DNA of 59,914 nt, filler included. It is 5 parts of 5 records of this genome, joined end to end, with 100 filler letters (N's around TTAATTAATTAA, not from the genome) between each part and the next. Parts side by side here need not be neighbours in the genome. Positions count along the whole stretch, not along the records: positions 14,203 to 38,878 come from SRR20825006_2258; 4 more parts are not named here. One strand, written 5' to 3'. The stretch's first letter is position 1. Each line of letters opens with the position of its first letter. The notes beneath the pieces are model-generated. The model worked only from the letters and a program-made list of their open reading frames with translations, made no database searches and was not told the DNA's origin. The translations under genes were made by a program, and so were the position numbers. Shown here in pieces: positions 20,458 through 31,032 of this stretch.

Positions 20458-21295
20458 AATGCAAACTGTTTCCGCAGTTATGACAATATTTAGCCGAATC
20501 TTGATGTTTTCTCGCGCCGCAATGGTGACAAACCTGCGTGTTCATATGCAATTTTTGTGGTTCAGGTTCTTTGCGTTCTCCTTTGGCCATTTCTGCACTA
20601 ACGATTCCTGTCGGTACAGCGATAATTCCGTAACCCACCACCATAATGACGGTAGCAATAAACTGCCCTAAAGCAGTCACCGGGGCAATATCACCAAAAC
20701 CAACGGTTGTCAGGGTCACAATACACCAGTAAATACTTACCGGAATGCTTTTAAAACCGTGTTCTGGCCCTTCTACGATATACATCAAGGTGCCCGCAAT
20801 GATCGAAAGGATCATTACCGCAAAAAGGAATACCAGAATTTTAGGTCTGCTGTCTCGCAAAGCACGTGCAAGCTTATTGCCCTCCCCAATGTATCGGGTA
20901 ACTTTTAAAATTCTGAACACACGTAGCAAGCGCAGTGCCCGTATCGTGAGTAAAGCATTTGTACCCACAATAAAAAACGACAGGTACAACGGGATCGTAG
21001 AGATCAAATCGATCAAACCATAAAAGCTAAAAATGTAGGAGGATGGCTTCTTGATGGAAATTACGCGCAAAATATATTCGATCGTAAAAAAGATGGTGAT
21101 GATCCATTCGCCTAAATAGAAATAATCGCCGTATTGGGCCTGCATAGGAGCAACACTTTCTAGCATGACCAGAATGATACTCACGAAAATGAGAATGAGC
21201 AGCACTACATCAAAGGTCTTTCCGGCAGGAGTATCTGCTTCATAGATCACTTCATGTAGTCGTGTTTTCCAGGTATGTTTTTGGGGTTGTGTCAA
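20450..21295 (-). CDS. 6-TM potassium channel / ion transporter with C-terminal zinc ribbon
   Basis: S4-like RALRLLRVFRILK; selectivity filter TTVGFGD; CHHC...CHNC. Confidence 0.92.
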   Translation of the reverse strand: MTQPQKHTWKTRLHEVIYEADTPAGKTFDVVLLILIFVSIILVMLESVAPMQAQYGDYFYLGEWIITIFFTIEYILRVISIKKPSSYIFSFYGLIDLISTIPLYLSFFIVGTNALLTIRALRLLRVFRILKVTRYIGEGNKLARALRDSRPKILVFLFAVMILSIIAGTLMYIVEGPEHGFKSIPVSIYWCIVTLTTVGFGDIAPVTALGQFIATVIMVVGYGIIAVPTGIVSAEMAKGERKEPEPQKLHMNTQVCHHCGARKHQDSAKYCHNCGNSLHYE

Positions 21296-21657
21296 ATAGT
21301 TACAGTTAATTCTTCAAGATTTTTAGCCAAGAGTTGCTTTCTGAATGCTGGTTTATATTCTAGTTCAATAGCGCCGTAAGAAGCACTAGCACCATATTTT
21401 GCAGTAGCTTTTTTCCCTTTTAAAATTGATACTTTCGCTAGGGCTGAAATAGGAATATCTTTAAAAAAATCATCTATTTTATAGTATTTACCCTCAAGAA
21501 GCAACGCATATAAAGGGTCGGTTTTTTCAGTGGAAACTGAAACTTGACAAATGAGCTTTATTTGCTGCGTATCTGTATAATAATCGAGGTCGTTGTCTTG
21601 AACAGAGCAACTTCCGAAAAGAAGAATTACCGAAAATAATAGTAGGCTTTTAATCAT
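21292..21657 (-). CDS. Lipoprotein with TonB-receptor plug-like motif
   Basis: Lipobox FGSC; VSILKGKKATAKYGASASYGAIELEYK resembles the plug signature. Confidence 0.65.
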   Translation of the reverse strand: MIKSLLLFSVILLFGSCSVQDNDLDYYTDTQQIKLICQVSVSTEKTDPLYALLLEGKYYKIDDFFKDIPISALAKVSILKGKKATAKYGASASYGAIELEYKPAFRKQLLAKNLEELTVTI

Positions 21658-21660
21658 ATC

Positions 21661-23037
21661 TTAATTTTCTAGTTCAGTCAGTTCCATAATTTTGATTACT
21701 TTTCGTGTACGCAAATAACTTTGAATTAAATGTCTGGCATCGCGGTTATCCTGCATCGGTGTGATGATGCGCTCTAAAATATCTAAGTTATTGATCTGAA
21801 AGTTCAAGTTATAAAAACCATAGCCTTTAAATTTTCCTTCTTCAATTAAAACCACGCTGCGCTCATCAACAGAACGCCCGCGATCAATGATCAAAAAATT
21901 CTTATTTTCAAAACTATGCTTGCTGATAAACTCAGTTACTCTGGCATTATAATCTGCTGCCGATTCTTCTCCCACGCAGGCACCGTCGCAAGCTTTAATG
22001 GTATAGTTAAAGCAATTGCTATCGGTAGTATGAAGCCCCATTTTGCTTTGGCACAAGTTATATTCCACAAGCATTTTTTCTAAATATTGCTTTGCAGAAT
22101 GACTAGTGGCAAAAGTCGTTATGTGCTCTTTTCTGGGGTCTGCTTTTTCCAACCGAAGGTTAATATACCCGGCTTCATCCCTGAATTGAACCAACTGACT
22201 TTTAAATTTTGTCCGCCGGAGCGCCCGGTTGTGTTTAGGTTTTATGCTCTTGATCTCCTCATTCTCCTTAAGAAGTGCAACAAGTTCGCTGCCGGTCTCC
22301 TCGTAGCTAACGGCCTCAACTTCCTCTTGAATCTTTTTAGACTTGCGGTTATCGCTTGTGAAATGCTGATTCACCCGCTTTTTGATGTTGCGGCTCTTGC
22401 CGATATAAATAACCGAGCCATTTGCGTTATGCATATAATACACGCCGGTGCTGCTGGGCAGGTCTGCAATTATATCCCGAAGCTTTGTATCTATTTGCTT
22501 TTTGGGATTCAGTTTGATCGCTTCTTGTATAATGGTCTTTTTACTGTCTTTTGCTAGCAGTAATTTGAACAACTTTACCGTAGCTAAAGCATCGCCATTA
22601 GCCCGATGTCGATCGGTAATCGGGATGCCTAAGTTTCTTACGAGTTTACCTAAACTGTAACTTTCCTGCCCCGGAAGCAATTCTTGCGCAAGTTCTACTG
22701 TACATAAACTTTTGCGCTGATAATCATATCCCAGTCGGTCAAACTCTAATTGTAAAATGCGGTAATCAAACTGCGCATTATGCGCTACAATGATGCAATC
22801 CTGAGTGATCTCGATGATGCGTTTGGCCACCTCATAAAACTTTGGGGCATTGCGCAACATCGCGTTATTTATACCTGTAAGTCCTACAACAAAGGCTTGT
22901 ATAGGCCGCTCAGGATTTACCAGACTGATAAATTGATCAACTACTTGATGACCGTCAAATTTGTAGATAGCAACCTCGGTAACTCCTTCTTCATTGTATT
23001 TTCCTCCGGTAGTTTCTAGATCGAGAATTGCATACAT
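21661..23037 (-). CDS. DEDDh 3'-5' exonuclease (DnaQ-like) fused to a GIY-YIG (UvrC/Cho-like) domain
   Basis: LDLETTG, AHNAQFD, HRANGDA; GVYYM...YIGKS...RVNQHF. Confidence 0.92.
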   Translation of the reverse strand: MYAILDLETTGGKYNEEGVTEVAIYKFDGHQVVDQFISLVNPERPIQAFVVGLTGINNAMLRNAPKFYEVAKRIIEITQDCIIVAHNAQFDYRILQLEFDRLGYDYQRKSLCTVELAQELLPGQESYSLGKLVRNLGIPITDRHRANGDALATVKLFKLLLAKDSKKTIIQEAIKLNPKKQIDTKLRDIIADLPSSTGVYYMHNANGSVIYIGKSRNIKKRVNQHFTSDNRKSKKIQEEVEAVSYEETGSELVALLKENEEIKSIKPKHNRALRRTKFKSQLVQFRDEAGYINLRLEKADPRKEHITTFATSHSAKQYLEKMLVEYNLCQSKMGLHTTDSNCFNYTIKACDGACVGEESAADYNARVTEFISKHSFENKNFLIIDRGRSVDERSVVLIEEGKFKGYGFYNLNFQINNLDILERIITPMQDNRDARHLIQSYLRTRKVIKIMELTELEN

Positions 23038-23069
23038 AGGCCGTGTAGCGCTAGTTTTATAATTAGTGT

Positions 23070-23729
23070 TTAGTTGTAGTTGCGGGCACCAAAGATCGCG
23101 CTTCCCACACGTACCATAGTGCTGCCATGTTCAAGAGCAAGTTTGTAGTCACCGCTCATTCCCATAGAAAGCACGCTAAAAGCATACTGCTCTTTAAAGG
23201 TATTGTAAATTTTCTCAAGTTGGGCAAATTCACGCTTAATCTGCACTTTATCGTCAACAAATGAGGCCATTCCCATTAGACCTACGATATTGACGTTAGG
23301 ATACTGGGCAGCCTTATTTTCTTCTAAAAAGACTTTTGCTTCTTTAGGCGGCATCCCAAACTTACTATCCTCTTCGGCAATTTTTACCTGAAGTAATACA
23401 TCAATGACGCGTTCATTCTTTTTCGCTTCTTTATTGATCTCTTTAAAGAGTTTGAGTCGGTCTGCACTGTGGATTAAGTTGACGTAGGGCGCCATATACT
23501 TAACCTTATTGGTCTGTACGTGACCTATCATATGCCATTGAATGTCTTTAGGAAGCGCTTCCCACTTGTCGGTCATTTCCTGTATTTTGTTCTCACCAAA
23601 AATACGCTGACCGGCATCGTAAGCTTCTTGTAGATCCTCGTTAGGTTTGGTTTTAGAAACCGCTACGAGGGTGACTTCCTCCGGTAATTCTGCTTTAAAT
23701 TGTTTTAAGTTCTGCGTTATATCAGCCAT
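23070..23729 (-). CDS. yggS: PLP homeostasis protein YggS
   Basis: LVAVSKTK, FGENKIQE, WHMIGHVQTNK, LSMGMSGDY, RVGSAIFG. Confidence 0.96.
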   Translation of the reverse strand: MADITQNLKQFKAELPEEVTLVAVSKTKPNEDLQEAYDAGQRIFGENKIQEMTDKWEALPKDIQWHMIGHVQTNKVKYMAPYVNLIHSADRLKLFKEINKEAKKNERVIDVLLQVKIAEEDSKFGMPPKEAKVFLEENKAAQYPNVNIVGLMGMASFVDDKVQIKREFAQLEKIYNTFKEQYAFSVLSMGMSGDYKLALEHGSTMVRVGSAIFGARNYN

Positions 23730-23786
23730 AAATCACTGTGCTTTCACAATGACGTAAAGGTACATATTTGTAATGGGCTATGCTAG

Positions 23787-25019
23787 CTAGAGAAACTCAT
23801 AAATCGTCACTCCGCTGCGTAGTTTAGGCTGAATAAAAGTAGATTTAGGAGGCATAGTAAGTCCTTCATCAGATATGTCTTTGATTTGTTGTACCGTAGC
23901 CGGAAACAAGCCAAAAGCGACAGCATATTTACCACGATCTACTTTTTCTTTAGCGCCGAGCATATCATTTTTGCCCTTTCCATAAGCCAAACGCGCATCT
24001 TGTCGCGGGTCTTGTATTTTTAAGATAGGGTTCAGTACCAGGTCATAAAGTATCTGAGCATCTAAACCTTCTAAAGCATCTTTAAAATTTCGATAGTGTT
24101 TGCGCAATTCTAATGTGTAAAAGTCACCGTCGAGATACATACTGAAGTGATGCACTTTTGAAGGCTGAATATATTCATCGCCACGATTTTCAATTTTAAA
24201 GATCGAATCTAATTTGATCAGGAACATATCTTTATCCATTCCGCAGAGATCGGTGATCATCCTGCTAAACGCGTGGATGCGCAAATTCGACTCGGGAATG
24301 ATATACGTCATAAAATAATTGTGTTCATCACCCACCAAATCCGAAGCATTCAAGTCGTCTGCTAAGAGTGCAGACGAACTCGACCTATGATGTCCGTCTG
24401 CAATGTACAGTTCGGGCATATTGGCATAAATGGTCTTTATTTTTTCTATGAGATGTTCCTCGGTTACCGGCCACAGATAGTGCGTATCACGGTAGGTTGT
24501 GGTGAATTCGTACTCTGCCCGGGCACGCATAACCTCTTCAAAAATTGCGTTCAACGGAATATAATCAGGGTGGGTGAGTAGCACCGCTTCGGCATTAAAT
24601 CCTGTTGTTTTCAGATATTCTTTAAAGACTTCTTCACGCGCTTTAATCGTGTTTTCGTGTCGCTTGATGTGATTGTTCTTATAATCTGCAACACTAGCAG
24701 CGCCAATGATCCCGGTAAAACTTTCAGCATCCCGATTCACGATCCTATACACATAAAACACCGGTTGTTCTTCTTTGATAAAAATACCTTCTTCCTTAAA
24801 CTCCAGATACCGGTTGCGCACGAGTTGAAAGCGCTCTTGACCGCTCAATTCTTTATGGTATTTATATCCGGGATTCACAATGTGCAAAAACGAATATGGG
24901 TTATTGTCTAAACGGGCTTTACGCTCGGCTTTGGTATACGTGTCATACGAGCGCGAGGCGATTAAACTCACTTTGTCTCGGGTAGGGCGTACGGCTCTAA
25001 AAGGAATGATCTTTGGCAT
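23787..25019 (-). CDS. DUF1015 family protein
   Basis: IIPFRAVRP, IKRHENT, YIADGHHRS, MPPKSTFIQPKLRSG. Confidence 0.9.
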   Translation of the reverse strand: MPKIIPFRAVRPTRDKVSLIASRSYDTYTKAERKARLDNNPYSFLHIVNPGYKYHKELSGQERFQLVRNRYLEFKEEGIFIKEEQPVFYVYRIVNRDAESFTGIIGAASVADYKNNHIKRHENTIKAREEVFKEYLKTTGFNAEAVLLTHPDYIPLNAIFEEVMRARAEYEFTTTYRDTHYLWPVTEEHLIEKIKTIYANMPELYIADGHHRSSSSALLADDLNASDLVGDEHNYFMTYIIPESNLRIHAFSRMITDLCGMDKDMFLIKLDSIFKIENRGDEYIQPSKVHHFSMYLDGDFYTLELRKHYRNFKDALEGLDAQILYDLVLNPILKIQDPRQDARLAYGKGKNDMLGAKEKVDRGKYAVAFGLFPATVQQIKDISDEGLTMPPKSTFIQPKLRSGVTIYEFL

Positions 25020-25058
25020 TTAAAAGTATTTTGCTGAAAAGCTTCAGCTCAAATTTCC

Positions 25059-25529
25059 TTATAATTTTAGTAAATACACAGCTTCGGCTTTTAAAGAATA
25101 ATGCTCTTCTCCTAAAAAGACCAAGGTGTCCACTAAAGCCTTCTTCACTTCGTCATAATTGCGCATATGAAAGTTGCAACAACAAGCCACGCGTTTTCCG
25201 TTTTTGATTAGATGTATATACTTTTTAGAATAGTTTTCCATTTCAGTAAAGCCATCCAATTCTTTTAAGTCGAAATGTTGCGCATAACCAATGCCGAAAA
25301 ACGAGCGCTTTTCAATTTGATTCTCAGACAGAATAAATACATCTGCACGTTTTCTGAATTCCGTTAGAAGAAAAAGCAAACAGAAAAAAAACAAACCCAA
25401 CATTCCATAATCACTGAAGGTGCTTAATGTTTGAAATTGCTCAATTAAAACCAATATACAGACTGCCATTAAATAAATAATGGTTACAAAACAGAACACG
25501 CCCAGCCGGGCAATTTTAGACTTTACCAC
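25059..25529 (-). CDS. Hypothetical membrane protein (2 TM plus soluble domain)
   Basis: 156-aa ORF filling the hbd-DUF1015 gap; non-ATG start uncertain. Confidence 0.65.
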   Translation of the reverse strand: MVKSKIARLGVFCFVTIIYLMAVCILVLIEQFQTLSTFSDYGMLGLFFFCLLFLLTEFRKRADVFILSENQIEKRSFFGIGYAQHFDLKELDGFTEMENYSKKYIHLIKNGKRVACCCNFHMRNYDEVKKALVDTLVFLGEEHYSLKAEAVYLLKL

Positions 25530-25532
25530 AAA

Positions 25533-26420
25533 TTATTGAAATTGAGCGGATACCGTTTCTGCTTTTCTACTTTCACTGTAATCATAAAAACCTTCACCTG
25601 ATTTAACACCGAGTTTTCCGGCTCTAACCATATTTACAAGTAATGGGCAAGGCGCATACTTCGGATTTTTAAAACCTTCATACATCACCTCTAGAATAGA
25701 TAAACACACATCCAGACCAATAAAATCTGCCAACTGCAAAGGCCCCATAGGGTGCGCCATTCCTAATTTCATCACCGTGTCGATCTCTTGTACGCCGGCA
25801 ACACCATTGTATAAGGTTTCAATCGCTTCGTTAAGCATCGGCATCAGGATACGGTTGGCTACAAAGCCGGGATAATCATTAACAGGAACAGGAGTTTTAC
25901 CCAACTGTTCGGCGAGTTTGGTTACCGTCGCTAAGGTTTCCGGCGAAGTATTGTACCCGCTAATGATCTCCACGAGTTTCATCACCGGCACCGGATTCAT
26001 AAAATGCATCCCGATCACTTTATCTGCGCGTTTGGTGGCAGCAGCGATCTGTGTGATAGAGATCGAACTCGTGTTACTTGCCAAAATAGTATTGGGCTTG
26101 CACAGCTCTTCAAGCTTTTTAAATATATCCAGTTTAATATTGATGTTCTCGCTGGCAGCTTCAACGACCAGATCAGCTTTAGCAACACCTTCTTTAAGAT
26201 CGGTAAGCAAAGCAATATTGAGCAGGGTTTCGTTTTTTTGCGCTTCGGTAAGCACTTCTTTAGCCACCTGACGATCTAGATTTTTGGTAACGTTGGCGAT
26301 TCCGTTTTTCAGCGCCGTTTCAGAAATATCAATAAGGCTCACATTAAAACCGTGTTGCGCAAACGTATGTGCAATGCCATTACCCATAGTTCCTGCACCA
26401 ATAACTGCAATATTTTTCAT
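25533..26420 (-). CDS. hbd: 3-hydroxybutyryl-CoA dehydrogenase
   Basis: GAGTMGNG, ASNTSSISI, GMHFMNPVPVM, PGFVANR, HPMGPL. Confidence 0.95.
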   Translation of the reverse strand: MKNIAVIGAGTMGNGIAHTFAQHGFNVSLIDISETALKNGIANVTKNLDRQVAKEVLTEAQKNETLLNIALLTDLKEGVAKADLVVEAASENINIKLDIFKKLEELCKPNTILASNTSSISITQIAAATKRADKVIGMHFMNPVPVMKLVEIISGYNTSPETLATVTKLAEQLGKTPVPVNDYPGFVANRILMPMLNEAIETLYNGVAGVQEIDTVMKLGMAHPMGPLQLADFIGLDVCLSILEVMYEGFKNPKYAPCPLLVNMVRAGKLGVKSGEGFYDYSESRKAETVSAQFQ

Positions 26421-26558
26421 GAATTCGTTGTATTGAGAGAATTCCGTTATTCTTATGGAATTCTTTGATTTATAATAAAATACTTAAAAAGGTTGCGAAA
26501 CTTAGCATCGTAACCCTCGTAAATTTACGAATTTTATAATTGAAGCTGAGCGTGTCTT

Positions 26559-27389
26559 TTACTCAAAAGTAATACTAACGGCATCGCGATAATCCAGACC
26601 AAATAGGGTAGAGGCACTGCCCACCGTACTGGGATTACTCTTGTAAATCGCGAGTTCGAGATAGCCCGACGAATTGAACAAGGCGATCTTTTTACCATCT
26701 TCTTCCCGTTTGCTTTTTTCAATCTCAAAATTGATCGCATCGCTATAATGCTGGTGGATCTTTTTAAACATCGCACGTCGTGCCTGAATGGTAAACTTGC
26801 GGCCTTTGCCAACATCTTCAAAAAGTCTTTTGGTGATGTTGGTGATCACATTTCCGTAGTTATCAACATAGATCACATTCCCTATAATGCCTTTTTGGTC
26901 GCTGTTGATCACCGGCATAATCCCGGTGATTTCTTTGATCTCTTTGATGGGTTTGCCAATTACCCCCAGCGTACCTCCACGAGCGATATGACACGCTACC
27001 TGAACAAAAACATCCAGCTCGGTAAAATTGGTTTTAATCCGATCGTGAATGTTGATCTCAACGACTTCTTCAGGATTGATGGTCTTGGTGATCATAGACA
27101 TAATCCCGTTGTTAGCACAAATAAAATACTGGCCTTCAAGCTTTACTGCAATATGCTTATTCTCGGGATTTTGCTCAGAATCGATCCCGATGATATGTAT
27201 GGTACCCGGTGGAAAGTTTTTATACGCGTTCTGAATGATGTACGCCGCTTCGGTGATATGAAAAGGCGATACATTGTGTGAGATATCAACAATTCTGGCA
27301 TCAGCCATTTCGCTATAAATAGCCCCTTTAACCGCGCCGGCAAAATGATCTTTTAAGCCGAAATCTGTGGTTAATGTGAGTATAGGCAT
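26559..27389 (-). CDS. SAM hydroxide adenosyltransferase / SAM-dependent halogenase family (DUF62)
   Basis: LTLTTDFGLKD, VDISHNV, YVDNYGNVITNI, FNSSGYLELA. Confidence 0.9.
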   Translation of the reverse strand: MPILTLTTDFGLKDHFAGAVKGAIYSEMADARIVDISHNVSPFHITEAAYIIQNAYKNFPPGTIHIIGIDSEQNPENKHIAVKLEGQYFICANNGIMSMITKTINPEEVVEINIHDRIKTNFTELDVFVQVACHIARGGTLGVIGKPIKEIKEITGIMPVINSDQKGIIGNVIYVDNYGNVITNITKRLFEDVGKGRKFTIQARRAMFKKIHQHYSDAINFEIEKSKREEDGKKIALFNSSGYLELAIYKSNPSTVGSASTLFGLDYRDAVSITFE

Positions 27390-27436
27390 AGGTGGTATTG
27401 TTGATATTTTTAGGGAGGATAGTTACTAAATTTGGT

Positions 27437-27460
27437 TACATTTGTTAGAGCACAAAACTA
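27437..27460. promoter_or_regulatory. Closely spaced divergent -7 elements (phoH / DUF62)
   Basis: TACATTTG on + (27437-27444) and TAGTTTTG on - (27453-27460), both matching TAnnTTTG. Confidence 0.55.
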
Positions 27461-27499
27461 AAGATAATTAACTAGTTTTTTTATAAAATTCTTCCGCTT

Positions 27500-28453
27500 T
27501 TGAACGAACTTATCATCGAACTTTCAGAGATCACACCAAGGGAATTCTTTGGTCAAAACAACGCCAATATAGAACTTCTTAAGAAGTACTTTCCTAAATT
27601 AAAACTCGTCGCCCGGGGTAATCATATCAAGGCCTATGGCGACGAAGATCTGCTGGAAGAGTTTGATAAACGCATCACGATGTTGCTTGAGCATTTTGCC
27701 AAGTACAATAAGCTTGACGAAAATATGATCGAGCGTGTGCTTACCAGCGACAGCCGCGAAGACTACGAGACTTCTCCCCAAAGCGGTGAAATTCTCGTAC
27801 ACGGCGTTGGCGGAAAACTTATCAAAGCGCAAACGGCAAACCAGCGCAAACTGGTAGATATGGCACGCAAAAACGATATGGTGTTTGCCATTGGCCCAGC
27901 GGGAACCGGAAAAACCTATACCGGTGTAGCTCTTGCGGTAAAAGCTTTGAAAGAGAAACAAGTAAAGCGCATCATTCTTACCCGTCCTGCGGTAGAAGCA
28001 GGGGAGAACCTGGGCTTCTTACCGGGAGACTTAAAAGAAAAATTAGATCCGTATATGCAGCCGTTGTATGATGCGTTGCGTGATATGATTCCGCACGAGA
28101 AGTTGGAGAGCTTTATCGAGAAAGGCGTGATACAGATCGCTCCTATGGCGTTTATGCGCGGGCGTACTTTAGATAATGCCTTTGTGATTCTTGACGAAGC
28201 GCAAAACACCACCCACGCGCAGATGAAGATGTTTTTAACCCGTATGGGGAAGCACGCCAAATTCTTGATCACCGGTGACCCGGGACAGATCGACCTTCCG
28301 CGTCGCGTGATCAGCGGACTTAAAGAAGCGCTTTTGGTACTTAAAGATGTTGACGGAGTAGGGATGATCTATCTGGATGATAAAGATGTGATACGTCATC
28401 GTCTCGTGAAGAAAGTGATTGCTGCCTACAAAGCCATAGAAAACAGAGATTAA
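27500..28453 (+). CDS. phoH: PhoH family ATPase (YbeZ-like)
   Basis: [40 protein letters not shown] start. Confidence 0.95.
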   Translation: MNELIIELSEITPREFFGQNNANIELLKKYFPKLKLVARGNHIKAYGDEDLLEEFDKRITMLLEHFAKYNKLDENMIERVLTSDSREDYETSPQSGEILVHGVGGKLIKAQTANQRKLVDMARKNDMVFAIGPAGTGKTYTGVALAVKALKEKQVKRIILTRPAVEAGENLGFLPGDLKEKLDPYMQPLYDALRDMIPHEKLESFIEKGVIQIAPMAFMRGRTLDNAFVILDEAQNTTHAQMKMFLTRMGKHAKFLITGDPGQIDLPRRVISGLKEALLVLKDVDGVGMIYLDDKDVIRHRLVKKVIAAYKAIENRD

Positions 28454-28469
28454 ACCTAGAATACATACA

Positions 28470-29423
28470 ATGTCAAATAAAACCATAACGGATACCAATT
28501 ATACATTTCCGGGTCAAACTAATGTTTATAAGGGTAAAGTGCGCGAGGTGTACAGCCTTGACAACGACCTTTTGGTGATGATCGCTACCGACCGCTTGAG
28601 CGCGTTTGATGTGGTGATGCCTAAAGGAATCCCTTATAAAGGGCAGATCCTCAATCAGATTGCGACTAAAATGATGCGCGATACCGAAGACCTGGTGCCT
28701 AACTGGCTGGCAGCGACGCCAGATCCTAATGTGGCAGTAGGGAAGAAGTGCGAACCCTTTAAAGTAGAGATGGTGATACGTGGCTATATGAGCGGGCACG
28801 CGGCGCGCGAATATAAAGCCGGAAAGCGTATGCTGTGCGGGGTACCGCTACCCGAAGGTATGAAGGAAAATGATAAGTTTCCGCAACCTATTATTACCCC
28901 GGCAACCAAAGCCGAAATGGGCGATCACGATGAGGACATCTCTAAAGAAGATATTCTTAAACGCGGAATTGTTTCTGCGGAAGACTATGCGGTATTAGAA
29001 GATTATACCCATAAGCTTTTTCAGCGTGGGACGGAGATCGCTGCCGAGCGCGGACTCATCCTCGTAGATACCAAATATGAGTTTGGTAAAACGGCCGAAG
29101 GGGAGATTGTACTCATTGATGAGATCCACACGCCAGATTCGTCACGCTACTTTTATGCAGACGGCTATGCGGAGCGTCAGGAAAAAGGCGAAGCGCAAAA
29201 GCAATTGTCTAAAGAGTTTGTGCGCCAATGGCTTATCAGCAACGGTTTTCAGGGTTTAGAAGGGCAAACCTTACCTGAGATGACTGATGAGTACATCGAG
29301 ACTGTTTCTGAGCGTTATATCGAGTTGTATGAGAATATCACCGGGGAAACTTTTGTAAAGGCAGACCTTTCGGATATTGACAAGCGTATTGAAACCAATG
29401 TGTTGAACTACTTGAACGCATAA
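28470..29423 (+). CDS. purC: SAICAR synthase
   Basis: [39 protein letters not shown]. Confidence 0.97.
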   Translation: MSNKTITDTNYTFPGQTNVYKGKVREVYSLDNDLLVMIATDRLSAFDVVMPKGIPYKGQILNQIATKMMRDTEDLVPNWLAATPDPNVAVGKKCEPFKVEMVIRGYMSGHAAREYKAGKRMLCGVPLPEGMKENDKFPQPIITPATKAEMGDHDEDISKEDILKRGIVSAEDYAVLEDYTHKLFQRGTEIAAERGLILVDTKYEFGKTAEGEIVLIDEIHTPDSSRYFYADGYAERQEKGEAQKQLSKEFVRQWLISNGFQGLEGQTLPEMTDEYIETVSERYIELYENITGETFVKADLSDIDKRIETNVLNYLNA

Positions 29424-29448
29424 GGTTGAGAGCAATCTAAACATGTAT

Positions 29449-29484
29449 AAACCGAAAAGGCGTAATACTCTTTTCGGTTTTTTT
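29449..29484 (+). terminator. Rho-independent terminator after purC
   Basis: AAACCGAAAAG...CTTTTCGGTTT followed by a T-run. Confidence 0.8.
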
Positions 29485-29508
29485 GGCGCAATCAAATAGG
29501 AGTAACCA

Positions 29509-29528
29509 ATCCCGATAGCTATCGGGAT
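29509..29528. repeat. Perfect 20-bp palindrome, REP-like
   Basis: ATCCCGATAGCTATCGGGAT. Confidence 0.7.
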
Positions 29529-29654
29529 GCCTAGAACTTAGAATTTGTTTTAACCAATGCCTTGATGTTTTAACCCGAGGTAGCTCATTGGCGCCGCCAA
29601 ATCGGAGTAATTTGCTGAAGCTTTTCTATTTTTAACGAATCAATCTAAACGTGT

Positions 29655-31028
29655 ATGGATTTATTGAATCAATGGATCGCTGAAGCTGCCTCATTTGTAT
29701 GGGGTTTGCCACTCTTATTTTTATTAATTGGCGGCGGACTGTTTTTGTTAGTGTATTCGCGTTTTCTTCCCTTCAAATATTTCGGGCACGCCATTCAGGT
29801 GTTGCGTGGCAAGTATGATAATCCTGACGATCCTGGAGAAATCAGTCATTTTCAGGCGTTGATGACGGCCTTGTCGTCTACCGTGGGGATGGGCAATATT
29901 GCGGGAGTTGCTGTTGCCATCGCGGTAGGTGGTCCCGGTGCGGTGTTTTGGATGTGGATCAGCGCTTTAGTAGGGATGAGTACCAAATTCTTTACCTGTA
30001 CCTTGGCTATTTTGTTCCGAGGAAAAGATGACTCGGGAACGTTGCAAGGCGGACCCATGTATTTTATTACCGAAGGTCTGGGCAAAGCCTGGAAACCTCT
30101 TGCGGTGTTTTTTAGTATCGCCGGTCTTGTGGGTGCGTTGCCGGTGTTTAACGTAAACCAACTCACGCAAGCTGTTAATGATATTTTACTGGTGCCTAAT
30201 GGAATTGAAAAAGGCTTTGCTACTGATCTGAGCATCGGTATTGTACTGGCAGTCATTACCGGGATCGTGATCCTGGGCGGACTCAACCGCATCAGCAAAA
30301 CGGCGAGTAAAATGGTGCCTGCGATGGTGGTGCTGTATTTTGTTGCGGTGCTGGCAATTTTATTTATAAATGCCGCTGAGGTACCGCGCTACTTGCAGCT
30401 TATTTTTACCGATGCGTTTGCAGCGAACAATTACACTGGTGATCCCATGTTTGGCGGAATGTTAGGCGCTTTGATCGTTTTGGGTATTCGGCGGGGTGCG
30501 TTTTCTAACGAAGCGGGAATAGGTACCGCACCTATGGCACACGGTGCCGCAAAGACGGAAGAACCCATTCGTGAAGGACTCGTGGCAATGCTGGGTCCCT
30601 TTATAGATACGGTGATCGTTTGTACCCTGACAGCCTTGTGTATTTTGGTGACCGGGGTTTGGCAAACTAGTGAAGCCAACGGCGTAACCCTTACTGCTAA
30701 AGCCTTTAGCGACAGTATACCCGGCTACGGACCCTATGTATTATTGGTGTGTATCGCTGTGTTCAGTATCAGTTCGTTATTCAGCTATTCGTACTACGGC
30801 TCTAAATGTTTGGCCTTTATCTTCGGAACGCGCCACAAACAATGGTACAATTATTTTTATATCGCCAGTATTTTAATCGGTGCGACCACTTCGCTAGATC
30901 TAATGATCAACCTGATCGATACCTTTTTTGCATTAATGGCGATCCCAACGATGTTGGCTACGCTTATCCTCGCTCCTAAAGTGATGCAGCGTGCACGACA
31001 GTATTTTACGAGCTTAGATAAGGTTTAA
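29655..31028 (+). CDS. Alanine/glycine:cation symporter (AGCS family)
   Basis: ISHFQAL...GMGNIAGVAVAI..GGPGAVFWMW; GGPMYFI; RRGAFSNEAGIG. Confidence 0.95.
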   Translation: MDLLNQWIAEAASFVWGLPLLFLLIGGGLFLLVYSRFLPFKYFGHAIQVLRGKYDNPDDPGEISHFQALMTALSSTVGMGNIAGVAVAIAVGGPGAVFWMWISALVGMSTKFFTCTLAILFRGKDDSGTLQGGPMYFITEGLGKAWKPLAVFFSIAGLVGALPVFNVNQLTQAVNDILLVPNGIEKGFATDLSIGIVLAVITGIVILGGLNRISKTASKMVPAMVVLYFVAVLAILFINAAEVPRYLQLIFTDAFAANNYTGDPMFGGMLGALIVLGIRRGAFSNEAGIGTAPMAHGAAKTEEPIREGLVAMLGPFIDTVIVCTLTALCILVTGVWQTSEANGVTLTAKAFSDSIPGYGPYVLLVCIAVFSISSLFSYSYYGSKCLAFIFGTRHKQWYNYFYIASILIGATTSLDLMINLIDTFFALMAIPTMLATLILAPKVMQRARQYFTSLDKV

Positions 31029-31032
31029 AAGC

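Noticed and set aside
21661-23037. Exonuclease-GIY-YIG fusion as a defence or mobile nuclease
   Set aside because: Known DnaQ/UvrC-like repair architecture in a housekeeping neighbourhood
26559-27389. Fluorinase/chlorinase for natural-product halogenation
   Set aside because: Core context opposite phoH with no biosynthetic cluster; the DUF62 SAM hydrolase reading is more parsimonious
29424-29654. Glycine riboswitch upstream of the alanine/glycine symporter
   Set aside because: The conserved GGAGA, CCGAAG and CTCAGG aptamer blocks are not present in order
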